From assembly GCF_009914755.1 (NCBI RefSeq), contig NC_060929.1: 64,000 nt of DNA; one strand, given 5' to 3'. This document shows, piece after piece, positions 1 through 12,913 of the stretch. The DNA is from the human T2T-CHM13v2.0 reference genome, Homo sapiens. Positions within the stretch are counted from its first letter, which is position 1; each line of letters begins with the position of its first letter. Both the position numbers and the translations under genes were made by a program. Below the pieces are notes generated by a model, which was not told the DNA's origin, made no database searches, and saw nothing but the letters and a program-made list of their open reading frames with translations.

Positions 1-1179
1 TCAAAACTGACTAGAAGGCTCGTGTGACCCATGGAGAGAAGGAAAACAGTGTGGTGTGGCAGCCCACCTGAGAGAGAGAGAGAGGGGGGCAGGGGAATCC
101 CCTACCCCCAGCCAAGGGAGGTGGTGAGTGAGGTGCTACCCAGCCAGAGAAATTGCTTTTCCCACAGAACTGTGCAACCCATGGATCAAAAGATCCCACG
201 CATGAACCCGTGCCGCTGGGGCCTAGCATCCCAACCCTGAAACTTGGAGATTCTTAGAGCCTTTCAGCTGGAATCTGCTTAAGCCTACCAAACGCCCAGT
301 GGGAGGGGCAACCAGCACTGGCTGTGGCTGCCTGCTCTCTAAGCCATTTGAGCTCCTTGTGGGAGAGGCAGCAGCCAGCAATGGGACTCTCCACTGCCTA
401 ACACACTAAGCTTCCAGGGCAGGGGCAGGGCAGCACCCATTTCCATAGCTCCAGACTGCACTTTTCCGCTGCTGGAGCCAGGGAGGCTGGACAGCTTGGT
501 CCCAAGACTTGACCTCAAGACTTGTCCCCACAGCCCAACACACAGGCTGTGGCAGCCAGAGTGCCTCTTCAGGCCTAACCTTGACTCATCCTTCCTCATT
601 GGGCAGGGCTTCCCTGCAGGAACTCTAATAACTCCAGCCAGAGGCTCAGGGACAGAATTTGTATCTCCCTGGGCCTAAGCCCCTACAGGGAGGGGTGGCT
701 GCAGTCTCTGTGGACCAGATGACTTAGCATTTCCTCCTGGTAGTTCTGAGGAATCCAGGTAGCTCAGAGTTTCCTCCAGGCAAAGCACACCTCCTCCACT
801 AAGGGACAAAGTGCTTTGTTAAATGAGTCCTGCTCCCCATGCCACCTAACTGGGTGAGACCCTCCAACAGGGGTTGTCAGACACCTTATACAGGAGTGAC
901 CCTACTGGCATCAGGTTGGTGCCCCTCAAGGTCAGAGGTCCCAAAAGAAGCATCAGGCACCCTTCTTTGCTGTTCTCCAGCCTCCTTGAGTGACATCTCC
1001 AGGCACGGGAGAGAATCAGATGAATAGGGCCTGAAGTGAACCCTCAGCAAACTGCAGCAGCCCTACAGAAGACGGATCTGACTATTGAAGGAAAAGCAAA
1101 TGAGCAGAAAGCAACAACAACAGGATCATCAACAACAAAAAAGACCCCTACAAAAACCCCATCCAAGGGTCAGCAGCCT
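1..1179 (+). mobile_element. L1 5'UTR fragment (L1P/L1PA8-13-like), ends just before ORF1
   Basis: Typical primate L1 5'UTR text ending '...cagcaaactgcagcagccctacagaag...aaaaccccatccaagggtcagcagcct', then an abrupt break and an A-rich tract. The element continues beyond the window start. Confidence 0.8.
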
Positions 1180-1313
1180 ATCTCGTTTTTTCATTTGTTT
1201 CAGAAGAAATAAAGAAAAGAAGAAAAAAAAAGGGAAGAAAGAAAAGTGGAGAAAGAAGAGTGGGGAGGACTTTGTCTTGTGTCTTGGATACCAGCTCAGC
1301 CATAGCAGAATAG

Positions 1314-2098
1314 TGTTACCAGGCAGGTCTTTGTTCTTAGTGCTCCCAAGATGGTGGCAGGCTGCTCCCAAGATGAGGTGGGCCACTCTCAAGATGGCGG
1401 CAAGCCTTTGTTCTCTGACCTGGGGTTCTTGGCCTCACAGATTCCAAGGAATGGAACCAAGCTTGGGCCATGCGGTGAGTGTTATAGCTCTATTAGAAGC
1501 TGTGGGTCACAGAAGAGAACCGTGGAACCCAGCGACTAGTGTTCAGCTCGATTAGGACAAACCCAGGCACTTAGCCATGCAGGAATGATGGTAAGCCTTT
1601 AGCCCTGTGGGGAGTGGCAATGGGCGCCTCCCTGGATCAGGAGTGCAGCAGACACCCTGCCGCATCCTGAGGTGTGGAAGTCAACGGTAGGTCTGGGACA
1701 GTGGTGAACAGCAGTGGTGGATGGCGAGCAAAAGCTCAGCTCGAGCTATAACAAACACGGACCAGAAGAATGTGCAGTTGCAAGATTTAATAGAGTGAAA
1801 ACAGCTCCCATACAACGGGAGGGGACCCAAAGGGGGTTGCCGCTCCCTGCTTAAATGCCTGGGTTTATATCCCGATCATTGTCCCTCCCCCTGTGCTCTC
1901 AGGCGATATATGATTTGACTATTTCTTTGCCTCATGCTTTAGCCTAATTTGTATTTTAGTGAGCCCTCTTTACTACATGATTGGTCCGGTGTGAGCTGAG
2001 TTACAAACCCTGTGTTTAAAGGTGGGTGTGGTCACCTTTCCCAGCTAGGCTTAGGAATTCTTAATCAGCCTAGAAAATCCAGCTAGTCCTGTCTCTCA
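1314..2098 (-). mobile_element. Solo LTR17 (HERV-W LTR), 785 bp, inserted in the L1 5'UTR
   Basis: Minus strand begins TGAGAGACAGGACTAGCTGGATTTTCTAGGC and ends GGTAACA. 4-bp TSD ATAG (1310-1313, 2099-2102). Minus-strand CCAAT (~1980), GATATAAA (~1864-1871) and ATTAAA (~1786-1791). Confidence 0.93.
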
Positions 2099-3809
2099 AT
2101 AGGGCACTGAACAGAGTCATGAGGTCCCTGTTCCAGGCTCTAACTAACAGATAACATTTCTAGACACACCCTGGGACTGGCGGTAACCCACTACCTTGAA
2201 GGAGAGGACCCAGTCTTGGAAGCATTTATCACCTGCTAAGTGAAGAACCCTTGGGTTCTAAATTGCCACCAGCAATACCCAGGTAAATGTTCAGGAGACT
2301 GGGTGAGCCTCTGAGAATTACTGCCTTCAGGTGAGATGCAACACATTACCAGCTGTGGAGGCAACAGGGCAAAACTTCTGCTTGAGAAAAGCAGAGGGAA
2401 AAGTAAAGGAGACTTTGTCTTGCACCTTAGGTACCAGCAGGGCTCCAGGGGGTTAGAGTACCAAGTGGGCTCTTGGGGACCCCGATTCCAGGACTTGATT
2501 CTTGCACAACGTTTCTGCATCTTCCCTAGGCCGGAGGGGAGCCCACTGCCCTGAAACATGAGTCCCAGGCTAGGCAGCATTTACCACAAGCTGACTGAAG
2601 GGCCCTTCTGCCTTAGGGGAACATCAAAGTTAATCTGGCAGTATTTCTCATGGACTGGGGTGGTGGTGGCTATGAGGTGAGGCTCCTCTGACTTTGGAAA
2701 TGGGAAGGAAGAGTGGAAAGGGCTGAGTCTTGTGGTTTGAGTGCCAGCTCAGCCACAATAGAGCAGAACACCAGGTAGATGTCTAACACTTATTAATTTA
2801 GTCCCTGACTCCTGGATAGTACCTCTGGACCTAAACCAAAACCTAGAGAATGTAGTCACCCTGAAGAAAGGGACGTAGGCCTGGCTGGCTTTGCTATAGG
2901 CTGATTGTAGAACCCTAGGGCCTAGAGTGAAGAGAGGCAGTAGCCAGGGAGTGATTACAGCAGGCTTTGGGTAAGACCAGTGCTGTGCTGGCTTCATGTG
3001 TGGCTCAGCACAGTCATAGTGGTGATGGCCGCAGGGTGCTTGTCTCACTTCATTCCAAGCTTTAGGTGGCTCAGAACAGAGAGAGAGAGAGACTCTGTTT
3101 GCTTGGGAGAAAGTTAGGGAAGAGAACAAAAGTCTCTGCCTGGTAATCCAGATAATTCTTCTGGATATTGTCCAAAACCATCAAGGTGGTACTTCTACAA
3201 GTCTGCAAGTACCATGGTGTTACTGGGTTTGAGGTGCCCCCTATAGCAGACAGAGCTTAGATCACATTCCCAAGTTCTTTCAAATACCTGGAAAGGCTTC
3301 CCAAGAAGAAGGACTATAAATAAGCCCAGGCAGTGATGGCTACAATAATACTTAACTCTTTAATGCCCAGACACTGAAGATCATCTAATAGCATCAACAC
3401 CATCCAGGAAAACATGACCTTACCAAATGAACTAAAGAAGACACCAGGGACAAATCCTGGAGAAACAGACATGTCACCTTTCAGACAGAGAAGTCACAAT
3501 AACTGCCTTGAGGAAACTCAAATAAATTCAAGATAACACAGAGAAAAAATTCAGAATTCCATCAGACACATTTAACAAAGAGATTGAAATAAAAAGAATC
3601 AAGCAGAAATTCTGAAGTTGAAAAATGCGACTGGCATACTGAAAAATGCATCAGAGTTTTTTAAATAGCGGAATTCATCAAGCAGAAGAAAGAATCAGTG
3701 AACTTGAAGACAGGTTATTTAAAAATACAGAGTGCGAGGAGACAAAAGCAAAAATAATAAAAAACAATAAAGCATGCCAACAAAATCTAGAAAACAGCCT
3801 CACAAGGCT

Positions 3810-4030
3810 GAGTTATTGGGTCTTGTTTTTATTTTATTCATTCAGCCACTCTATGTTTTTTGATTGAATATTTTAGTCCATATACATTCATTGTTATATT
3901 GATAAATAAAAGCATACACTTACCATTTTGTCATTTGTTTTCTGGTTGTTTTGGGTTGTTCTGGTTGTTCCTTCTTCCTTTCTGTCTTCCTTTCAGTGAA
4001 GATGATTTTCTCTGTTGATATGATTTAGTT
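3810..4030 (-). repeat. Inverted copy of 4965-5180 (L1 inter-ORF/ORF2 start) inserted in ORF1 of the same L1
   Basis: Reverse complement aligns to 4965-5180, e.g. 'ctaaatcatatcaaca..gaaaat.atcttcact.aaaggaagacag' and 'ataacaatgaatgta.atggactaaa'. Confidence 0.85.
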
Positions 4031-7000
4031 ATTAATATTAAAGAGATGTTAATATTAATACTAAAGAGTTAGTTAAATATTAAGAGTTATTGGCCTTAAA
4101 GAGGAGATAGGAAAAGGGCTTGGGTAGAAAGTTTTTTTCAAAGGTATTTGGAAAACAGAGAGTTTTCCAAATCTATAGAGATATTTCAATATTCAGGAAG
4201 ACGAAGCTTATAGAACACCAAGCAGATTTAACCTAAAGAGGACTACCTCAAGACTTTTAGTTTTAGGATCCTAAAAGCAACAAGAGAAAAGAAACAAATA
4301 CCATACAATGGAACTCTAATGTGTCTGGCAGCAGACTTTTCATTGGAAACCTTACAGGCCAAGAGAGAGCGGAGTGACATATTTAAAGTGCTGAAGGAAA
4401 AAAAAAAAACTTTTATCCTAGAATAGTATATACAGTGAAAATATCCTTCAAACATAAAAGAGAAATTAACACTTTCCCAGACAAACAAAACCTGAGAAAT
4501 GTCTTGAACACGAGACCAGTTCTACAAGAAATGTTAAAGGGAGTACTTCAATCAGAAAGTAAAGGATGTTATTGAGCAATAAGAAATTATCTGAAGGTAC
4601 AAAACTGATTGGTAATAGTATACAGAAAAACACAGAATATTATAACACTGTAACTGTGGTGTGTAAACTACTGTGATCCTGAGTGGAAGGAATAAATAAT
4701 GAACCAATCAAAAATAACCACTACAGCAACTTTTCAAGACATAGATAGTACAATAAGATATAAATAGAAACAGCAAAAGTTAAAAAGCAGGGGTACAAAA
4801 TTAAGGTATAGAGTTTTTATTAGTTCTGTTTTTGCTTGTTTGTGCAAACAGTGTTAAGTTAATATCAGCTTAAAATAATGGGTTATAAAAGAGTATTTGC
4901 AAACCTCATGGTAACCTCAAACAAAAAAAAATACAATGGGTACACAAAAAAATAAAAAGCAAGAAACTAAATCATATCAACAAAGAAAATTATCTTCACT
5001 AAAAGGAAGACAGGAAGAAAGAAGAAAAAGAAGACCCCCAAACATCTAGAAAACAAACAAAATGCTAAGAGTATGCTCTTACTTATCAATAATAACAATG
5101 AATGTAAATGGACTAAATTATTCAATGAAAAGCCAAAGAGTGGATGAATGGATGTAATAAAAAACAAGTTCTAGTAATCTGTTGCCTACAAGAAACAAAC
5201 TTCACCTATAAAAACACACATAGACTGAAAATAAAGAAATTTAAAAAGATATCCCTTGCCAATGGAAACCAAAAAATAGCAGGACTAGCTATACTTATGT
5301 CAGATTAAATGGATTTCAGGACAAAAACTGTAGGAACATACAAAGAAGGTCGCTACATAATGATTAAGGGGTAAATATAGCTAGATAATATAACTATCAT
5401 AAATATGTATGCACTCCAATCTGGAGCACCCAGATATCTAAAACAAATTTTATTCGAGCTGAAGGGAGACATAGACACCCATACCATAACAGCTGGAGAC
5501 TTTCATACTTTACTTTCAACATTGGACTGGCCTACTAGACAGAAAATCAATAAAGAAACATCAGACATAACCTGTACTATAAATCAAGTGGATCTAACAG
5601 ATATTTACAGAACATTGCATCTAATGGCTGCAGAATACACATTTTTTTTTCCCTCAGCATAGGGATCATTCTCAAGAATGGACCATATGTTAGGTCACAA
5701 AACAAGTCTTAAAACACTTTTAAAAATTGAAATAATATCAAGCATTTTCTCTGACCACAATGAAATAAAACTAGAAGTTAATAACAAGAGAAACTTTGGA
5801 AACTATACAAAGACATGGAAAGTAGACTGTATGCTCCTGAATAACGAATGTATCTATGAAAATATTAAAAAGGAAATTGAAAAATTTCTTAAAGCAAATG
5901 ATAATGAAAACACAACATACCAAAACTGATGGGATACAGCAAAAGCAATAATCAGAGGAAATTTTATAGGTATGAGTTCCTGCATCAAAAAATAGAAAAA
6001 AATATTTAAATAAACAACCCAATGATGCATCTTAAAGAAGTAGAAAATCAAGATAAGACCAAACCCAAAATTACTAGAAAAAAAGAAATAATAATAATCA
6101 GAGCAGAAATAAATAAAATTGAAATTAAAGAAAATATACAAAAATCGATGAAGCAAAAGTTGCTTTTTTGAAAAGTTACAACTGATACTGCAGAAATTCA
6201 AAGAATCATTAGTGGCTACTATGAGCAACTATATGTCAATAAATTGGAAAATCTAAAAAACATGAACAAATTCCTAGCCATATACAACCTACCAAAATTG
6301 AATCAGGAATAAATTCAAAACTGATACAGACCAATAATATGTGACAAAATTAAAACTATAATAAAAAGTCTCTCTCTAAAGAAAAACCCAGGACCTGATG
6401 GCTTTACTGCTGAATTCTACCAAACATTTAAGAAAAAACTAATACCAATTCTACGCAAACCATTCCAAAAAATACAGGAGGTGGTGAGAAAACCAGACAA
6501 AGACATGTCAAAAAAAGAAAACTACAGGCCAATATCTCTGATAAATATTGATACAAAATCCTCAGTGAAATACTAGCAAAATGAAGTCAACAATACATTA
6601 GAAACTTCATTTATCATGACCAAGGGGGATTTATTCCAGGAATGAAAGGATGGTTCAATATATGCAAATCCATCAATATGATACATAATATCAACAGAAT
6701 GAAGTACAAATACCATATGATCATTTTAGTTGATGCAGAAAACCTTTAATAAAATTTAACATCCATCCATAATAAAAAAAGTCAACAAACTAGGTGTAGA
6801 AGAAACAATCCTCAACAAAAGTTGTATATGAAAGACCTACAGCTAGTATCGAACAGAATGGGGAAAAACTGAAAGTCTTTTCTCTAATATCTGGAACACA
6901 GTAAGGATGTCCACTGTCACCACTGTTATTCAACAAGCATATAATTTTGATTTTTAATGCATGTAGTTAAACATATGTTGGTTGCATAAATATAGATAAC

Positions 7001-7544
7001 ACTTAAACAAAGATATACTTTTTTAAAAGTACTCTCCAGCAATAAGTAATCTAGTTGGATCACTTACTAAGCTTTGAGTTTATGTCTTAGAAACTTACAA
7101 AATTATTGCACTTCATATTGAGTTAATGATTTTCTTTTCTCTGAACACATGTGGTAACTGAACAATACAAATGTAAAATTTTGCATATTACGAAGAACAT
7201 ACCATTACTTTCTAAGTATTACTTCATTTTGGTTAACAGAGATGAACAAAGTAAAACAGTTGGGAAAATAAACCAAATCTTTTCATGGCAGAAAATAAAA
7301 CTAATAAAAAAACTGTCCTTGCTGGCAAAAAGTTTGAAAGCCTATAAAGTTGCCCAACTCCATCACCTAATAATTATATGAACTTGGATTTATACATACA
7401 GATCAAGTGATTTATAGAATATGCTACAGAAGACAGCTAAGGCCAGAACCCCAGATCGACTGATGTGACAGACTTACATTCTTAACTCTGTATTTCCCAG
7501 AAGAAATAAAACCAAATTCCTCTTTAGATGTGTTCAGGGACTAA

Positions 7545-7685
7545 GGATCTACCCCAGACTGCAGGAGAAGACTAAGACAACATGATGACAAAATGCAATT
7601 TGAACCATGGACAGGATCTTGAACCAAAACAATTACCATAATTTTAATAAGATTTGGAGATGAGTTAACAGTATTGTATTAGTTG
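7545..7685 (+). mobile_element. L1MC/ME-type 3'-end fragment
   Basis: 'gactaagacaacatgatgacaaaatgcaat...ggatcttgaacc...ttaacagtattgtatt' resembles the old L1 3'UTR. Confidence 0.5.
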
Positions 7686-9789
7686 TCCTTTTTTTAAAAT
7701 GAACAATTTATTTAAAATGGGTTAAAATATTGCATTCTTTCACATCTAACATTTTCATATAGCCATAGCCAATAACTCAAAACATAGCAATGAGTTTGGC
7801 TTAAATTTCTTAATATGAAGATGACTAATTTTTTAAATAAAATTAATGTGACTTTTGGTGTAGTGATATACCCTTCATGAAAAAACTCTTCTCCCTTCCA
7901 CTAATGTTTTTCTGTGAATTCCATTAAACTAAAAACCATGGTAGCAAAGTCAGTGTTCTGAGATAAAGCACAAAAGTTCCCAATAGACCTGACCTGCCTG
8001 GTCTTTATCATGTATAAATTTGCTGAGAAACAATTTATTCTAGCCCAGACTCTCTGTTCATTTTATCCAGGACTGTTTTGAGGACTCATCATCAGTCCTC
8101 AGCTTTAATTCCACACTGATGCTAATCCTCCCCAGTTCAGTGATTTGTAAGGCCACAGTGGCTGGAAGGAGACGCCTGAAGGTGACAGACTATTGAAGAA
8201 AACACAGTTACCCAGAGCTAGCAGCAAAGGCAGGGATGCAAAACTTTAAAAAGCAAAAGCAAGACCTCAAAATACATAACATTTGGGGCCACATATTTAA
8301 ACAAGACTTGAAGGTTTTGTTTATGAAGAGTTACGGTGCTAACCTAGAAATATTTCCTATAGAGACTGATTTTGAAAGCAATAAAATGTATAACGTGTTT
8401 GGAATAATTTTTATTTTAATGATTTATGCTAAAAAATGATGACACGGGATTAAAGGTGAATTCCAAATTTAACTGGCACTTACGAGGTAGAACAATAATT
8501 CATTCTCCACAGATAAAATGAAAGTTTTATTTTATCCTTACTTGGAGCTTTCAGATATATAAGAAGAAATCTTTATACCTTGTGTACCTTTTTTCAATTT
8601 ATTTTTCTTTTTCAACTCAAAACTCTCAACGAGAAATAAAGACGCTGGTGTGAGCGGCCGGATGGCCATTTAGTGGTTTGTTCTTATGATGCATTGTCTC
8701 AGGTCTAGAATATAAACAAGCAATGGAATAAGATCTGTGGGCTTCAGAACATCACACAGGGGACTGTGATTCCAGCAATCAGAGACCAAGGATGCCCTGT
8801 TCTTTGTCCTGCACTTTACACAGATGAATGCCAGCCCCATACTCACCTTGCTGGGGATGTGAACTGAGAATACATTAAATTGTTTGTGATAAATCAGTTT
8901 GTGGCTGTGGAAAAGTGCCATAATGACAGAAGAGAGAACAGCTATGAAGAACGTGCAAAGAAATTACCATATATTTTTGAATAGAGTGAGGCTAGTTGTG
9001 AGTCTAGTTGTGAGTCAGCACTGCAGCCAGCTGGACGGTTACCCAAGGAGGCCTTAAGCAGAGGAAGCAGTTCCATCAGCAAGAATAAATTCAGACAGAT
9101 CTGAAGCTGCTTCACTTGCCAGTATCCCCTTCAAATTTACCTCATTACTCTTTCTAGGTTCAACATTGTTTGATACGTCCTTTTTCCCTTTCCTTCTCTT
9201 CCCTTCCCTTTCTTTTCCCTGCGCTTACTTGACTGAGATATGCTATTCAATTGGATGAAAGAGCAATTTTGTGGTTATACAGATGGATGTAAGAACATAT
9301 AAACACTTTAATCTTACGTTTTTGTGAAGGTACTTTTACATTCATTTCAGAACACAGATTCAAAAATTCTGAGGAAAAAAAACGAAGCTTTACATCTATC
9401 TTCTAGAGACCCTAAGAACTGATAGTTATTATTCCATTATGTTTGAATGGCTTTTTTTTCTCCCAAGCTAAAAAATACAGGGAACATGATCTAATCATAT
9501 GTGAATAGATACAGAAATAAAATTTATTAAGAACAAAGAACATGTGTGTAAATAATTGCCCAGGCAAAATGGCAATGAAATTGTTTTCCTCTTGCTCTTT
9601 TGCACTGTCTCAATGATCTAAGTGGTGCCCGATTTCTCTTCCCTGTCTTCCAATAGTCTTCCCTCCCCGAACCTTTGGATGCTCCCATTGCTGTAAGAAT
9701 TATGTAAATAATTTTCACCAATAATTAAAACATGCTTGTTTCCTTCATGCTCTCTTCTTCCTCCCCCACCAGAGGCAATGCCCAGTAGG

Positions 9790-9992
9790 ACCTTAGGAAA
9801 TCCATATTGAAGATGTAGAAGCCTCCATCAGCCTGTGTCCTTCAAGCCCTCCCTGTTCTTGCCCTCTGGTCCCACCCACAATCAGGAACACCCATGTGGC
9901 ACTGTTACAAGAACCAGAGCATACTTTTGTTGTATTATATTGCTGAAATTTGGAGTTGATCTGTTACAACATCTAACAGTGCCTTATCAAAC
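9790..9992 (+). mobile_element. Old MaLR LTR fragment (MLT1J/K-like)
   Basis: 'gaagatgtagaagcctccatcagcctgtgtcc...ttgctgaaatttggagttgatctgttacaacatc' resembles the MLT1 3' half. Confidence 0.45.
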
Positions 9993-10812
9993 AGAGATTT
10001 GCTCTCACATCCTGACTCTGATTATTAAATAAACTGTTTGAGGTTCTATTACAATGACTTTATGCCTCACCAAGTGGCTATGAGAAGAGTTGGAGGGGAC
10101 AAAATAGGCATTCAGACAAGAGATTATTCCAGTCTTCTAGAAACCTGCTACTCAATTCATGTGTTCTTCAATCTCATGTTTGATCTTTACCAAGAATTAG
10201 TGAGCAACCTACTCCATCAAATCTTCCATTTCTTGTCCTACCATGCTGCATTCCAGCTGGGACTCATAAATTCACTACTAACAAGAAACGTATTGTGGCC
10301 AAAATGAAACAGAAACATAGTTTGCATTTCACAAGAGTACATCAGTGTCATAGAAATGCATTCCCATTCCCAATGCACTTAAAGTAGATGGTTTGTGGAC
10401 TGTAACATAATACAGCTTCTCAAGACACAATACTTTTTAACACTTCTAAAACCCATTTTTCTGAAGTTTTCTCAGGAATGAAAAAGAGTTTACAGATTTT
10501 TTAAAATTTCAGTTTCTTATAATGATTCATGTATGCATGAAATTCATTTTCCATAAAGAAATGATGCCAACGAGCTCAGCTGCATTCCTTAAAGAAGCAT
10601 ATGATTGAGATCCTCTTGTTCCCAGTAGGTACCATGGTCAGCTCCCCATGACTGACAGGAAGGACCTTCCCGAGCAGAAACAGAGTTCAGGCTGCCTGGA
10701 GGGGAGACTGGCTCGGTTCAGGGGTCTTGGAAGCACCAGGACTTGGTGGGCAGGAGGATGGGGGATTCTGCCTCTTGTTCACTGCACACCCACTGCAGAA
10801 GACCCAGGAGCC

Positions 10813-10986
10813 GTTTTGTTGGAAATAGACAGCAGGAAGGAGGGACTAAAGCAGAGATATCAACAATCCCTTAGATGCTATTGCAATTATCCAGGCAATT
10901 GGTGCTGGTGCCTTGAACTAGAGTGGTTGCCATGGAGACGATGAGATGGGGTAAGATTCAGACTACCTGGGGAAGGTAATGCAGAC
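10813..10986 (-). repeat. Inverted copy of L2 segment 11349-11517
   Basis: By-eye alignment of about 80% identity. The ORF track shows the same pseudo-peptide on opposite strands (NYPGNWCWCLELEWLPW vs SNPGNRCWCLGPEWLPW). Confidence 0.85.
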
Positions 10987-11219
10987 TGGCAGGGAGGACC
11001 TTCCATCAGTTGATTTAGTTGGAATATAAAGTTAATGTTAAATGGCTAGCTCTCTTGCCCCACCATACCAAGTTTGCTTCTGTGCTGGTCTCATTCTAGT
11101 CTCTGTAATAAGGGCTGCAGAACCTGCTGTTAAACATGACTCCCTACATTAACTTTCAAAGAAGACTGAAAAAAAAAAGTATTTTGCAAGCTTCCAGCTC
11201 TTCTGGATCCTTCAGCTAG

Positions 11220-11978
11220 ATATCCATGTGTCTCCCCATCTCAAAAAGTGACAACTCTATCTTCCAGTTGTTTAAGCCAAAGATCTCGGCGTATCTCTAC
11301 ACATCGTTATTTTCCTTAGACCGTATGACCAGTCTGTTATGCAAATCTGTCTGCAATACCTTCCCATGATAGCCTGAATCTTACTGCCTATTGTTTCCAC
11401 GGCAACCACTCTGGGCCAAGGCACCAGCACCTATTGCCTGGATTACTGCAATCGTGTTTTAGGGTTGTTGGTATTTCTGCTTTATCCTTTCCTCCCTGCA
11501 GTCTATTCCAACAAAACCCAAAATCTGTTAAATTTATGAAAATGTCCCTTGTGTGATCAGTCTTCTTCACTGGTCTCTGTGTCATGCAGGGCACAAAGGA
11601 AGTCCATAAAATGGCTTCGAAGGCTTTATCATCTTGATCCCTTACTCTCTCACCCTTCCCAGGGCTCTCTAGACACACCCCAACTTGGGGTTCTGGCCTG
11701 GCTGCTCTCTATGCCTGAAATGCTCCTTCTCACATTAGCTTCACACCCTCTCCAATCCCTCCCCCATCAGAGTATTACGCTCCTCACCCACACCGTCTGC
11801 TTTGTTTGTCCCTTAACAAGGGCCACCATTTTACATGTCACATATGCAGTTTTTCCTATATGTCTATTTGTAGCACGCAAGGATGTAGAATTTTGTCTGC
11901 TTGGTTTACTGCTATATTCTAGTGCCTGAGACAGTGCCTACCAGATAGTTGTTGCTGAGTAAGTTTCTGTTCAACAGA
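11220..11978 (+). mobile_element. L2 3' portion
   Basis: 'cttccagttgtttaagccaaa', 'gcctggattactgcaat', 'ctctatgcctgaaatgctc' and the L2-type terminus 'agtgcctgagacagtgcctaccagatagttg...'. Confidence 0.8.
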
Positions 11979-12865
11979 CATGTGTTTTCCCCACAAAAGA
12001 ATTACTATTGTTGATATATGTTGTTACATTAGTAGTTGCAATTTCAGAGCAGGCATTTACGTTTTGCAAAAAAAAAAGTTTGTGTCCTTTTACTAGGCTG
12101 AATTCTGTGCTTGTTTGTTTTTCAGGGAGATAAGAGGAGGGAACAGGAATGAGGTTGCTGTCTCTTAGAGTTTGTAAAAAATGATAACATGTTTCTGCAT
12201 AGTTGGGTCAAATTATTCTTCTGGAAACTTTTGTGAAGAAGTTTGAAATCTTGGGTATGATATATGTGGACTGTTTTTTCTTATGTTTCTGGTTGTGTTT
12301 GCTTGTTCTGGCTTTTTTGGGTTTGTTTTCTTTTGTTGTTATAGTTTTAGGTTAGCCAGTGGATGGATAATACTCATGTAACATTGACGGTGTATCAGGC
12401 ACTTGCAGGACCCAGATGGAGATAAAGCAATGGGTGTGGCAGGACCACAACTTTTCAAAAGATTAAGTTGCTGCCATACTTCACACACACATGCTGCATT
12501 GTCTAAGATCAATAGAATTCTGATTACAGAAAAAGTTTTGGAAGCACAGTCGCCTCGGAAAGTGGTAGTACGCACAGAACAAATGATTATTTTGGGTGAC
12601 AGAATTATGAACAACCGAATCTCCATTCTCATTAGTAAACTGTTTATGAAAAGTAAGTCATGAGGTGAGGATAGATATGAGATTAAATTCTCTTTCCCCA
12701 GCAACACCAAATCGTTAAACACGTAGATTGTAAAAGTGGAGATTTGCTCCAAGGGGGTCTCTCATTTAAAATGTACATTCCATTAGGACATTAGCATGAA
12801 TTACTTATTCAGATCCTTAAGAAATATACTTTAGATTGGTGAAATTGAAAGACAAGTGATGAAAG

Positions 12866-12867
<2 letters not shown>

Positions 12868-12903
<36 letters not shown>

Positions 12904-12913
12904 ACACTCACAC
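12868..12913. repeat. (CA)n microsatellite with two interruptions
   Basis: Seen directly. Confidence 0.95.

Larger units (their letters stand above)
1240..6935 (+). mobile_element. Old L1 (L1MA/L1PB-era): repetitive 5'UTR, decayed ORF1 (~3362-4580), ORF2 EN and part of RT (~5095-6935), 3'-truncated
   Basis: 5'UTR monomers ('gactttgtcttg...ccagc' near 1268, 2411, 2727). ORF1 peptides QAEERISELEDRLF. EN motifs NVNGLN, CCLQET, TITAGDFHTLLS, DHMLGHK, SDHNEIKLE. RT region NYRPISLINID and [10 protein letters not shown]. Many stops and frameshifts. Confidence 0.92.

Noticed and set aside
1085-1555. 156-aa Lys/Gln-rich ORF
   Set aside because: Spans an L1 5'UTR, an A-rich tract and antisense LTR17. 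Its composition comes from low-complexity DNA.
1250-2900. Recurring 'gactttgtcttg...ccagc' blocks
   Set aside because: Native monomer repeats of the old L1 5'UTR, not a CRISPR-like array or a new duplication.
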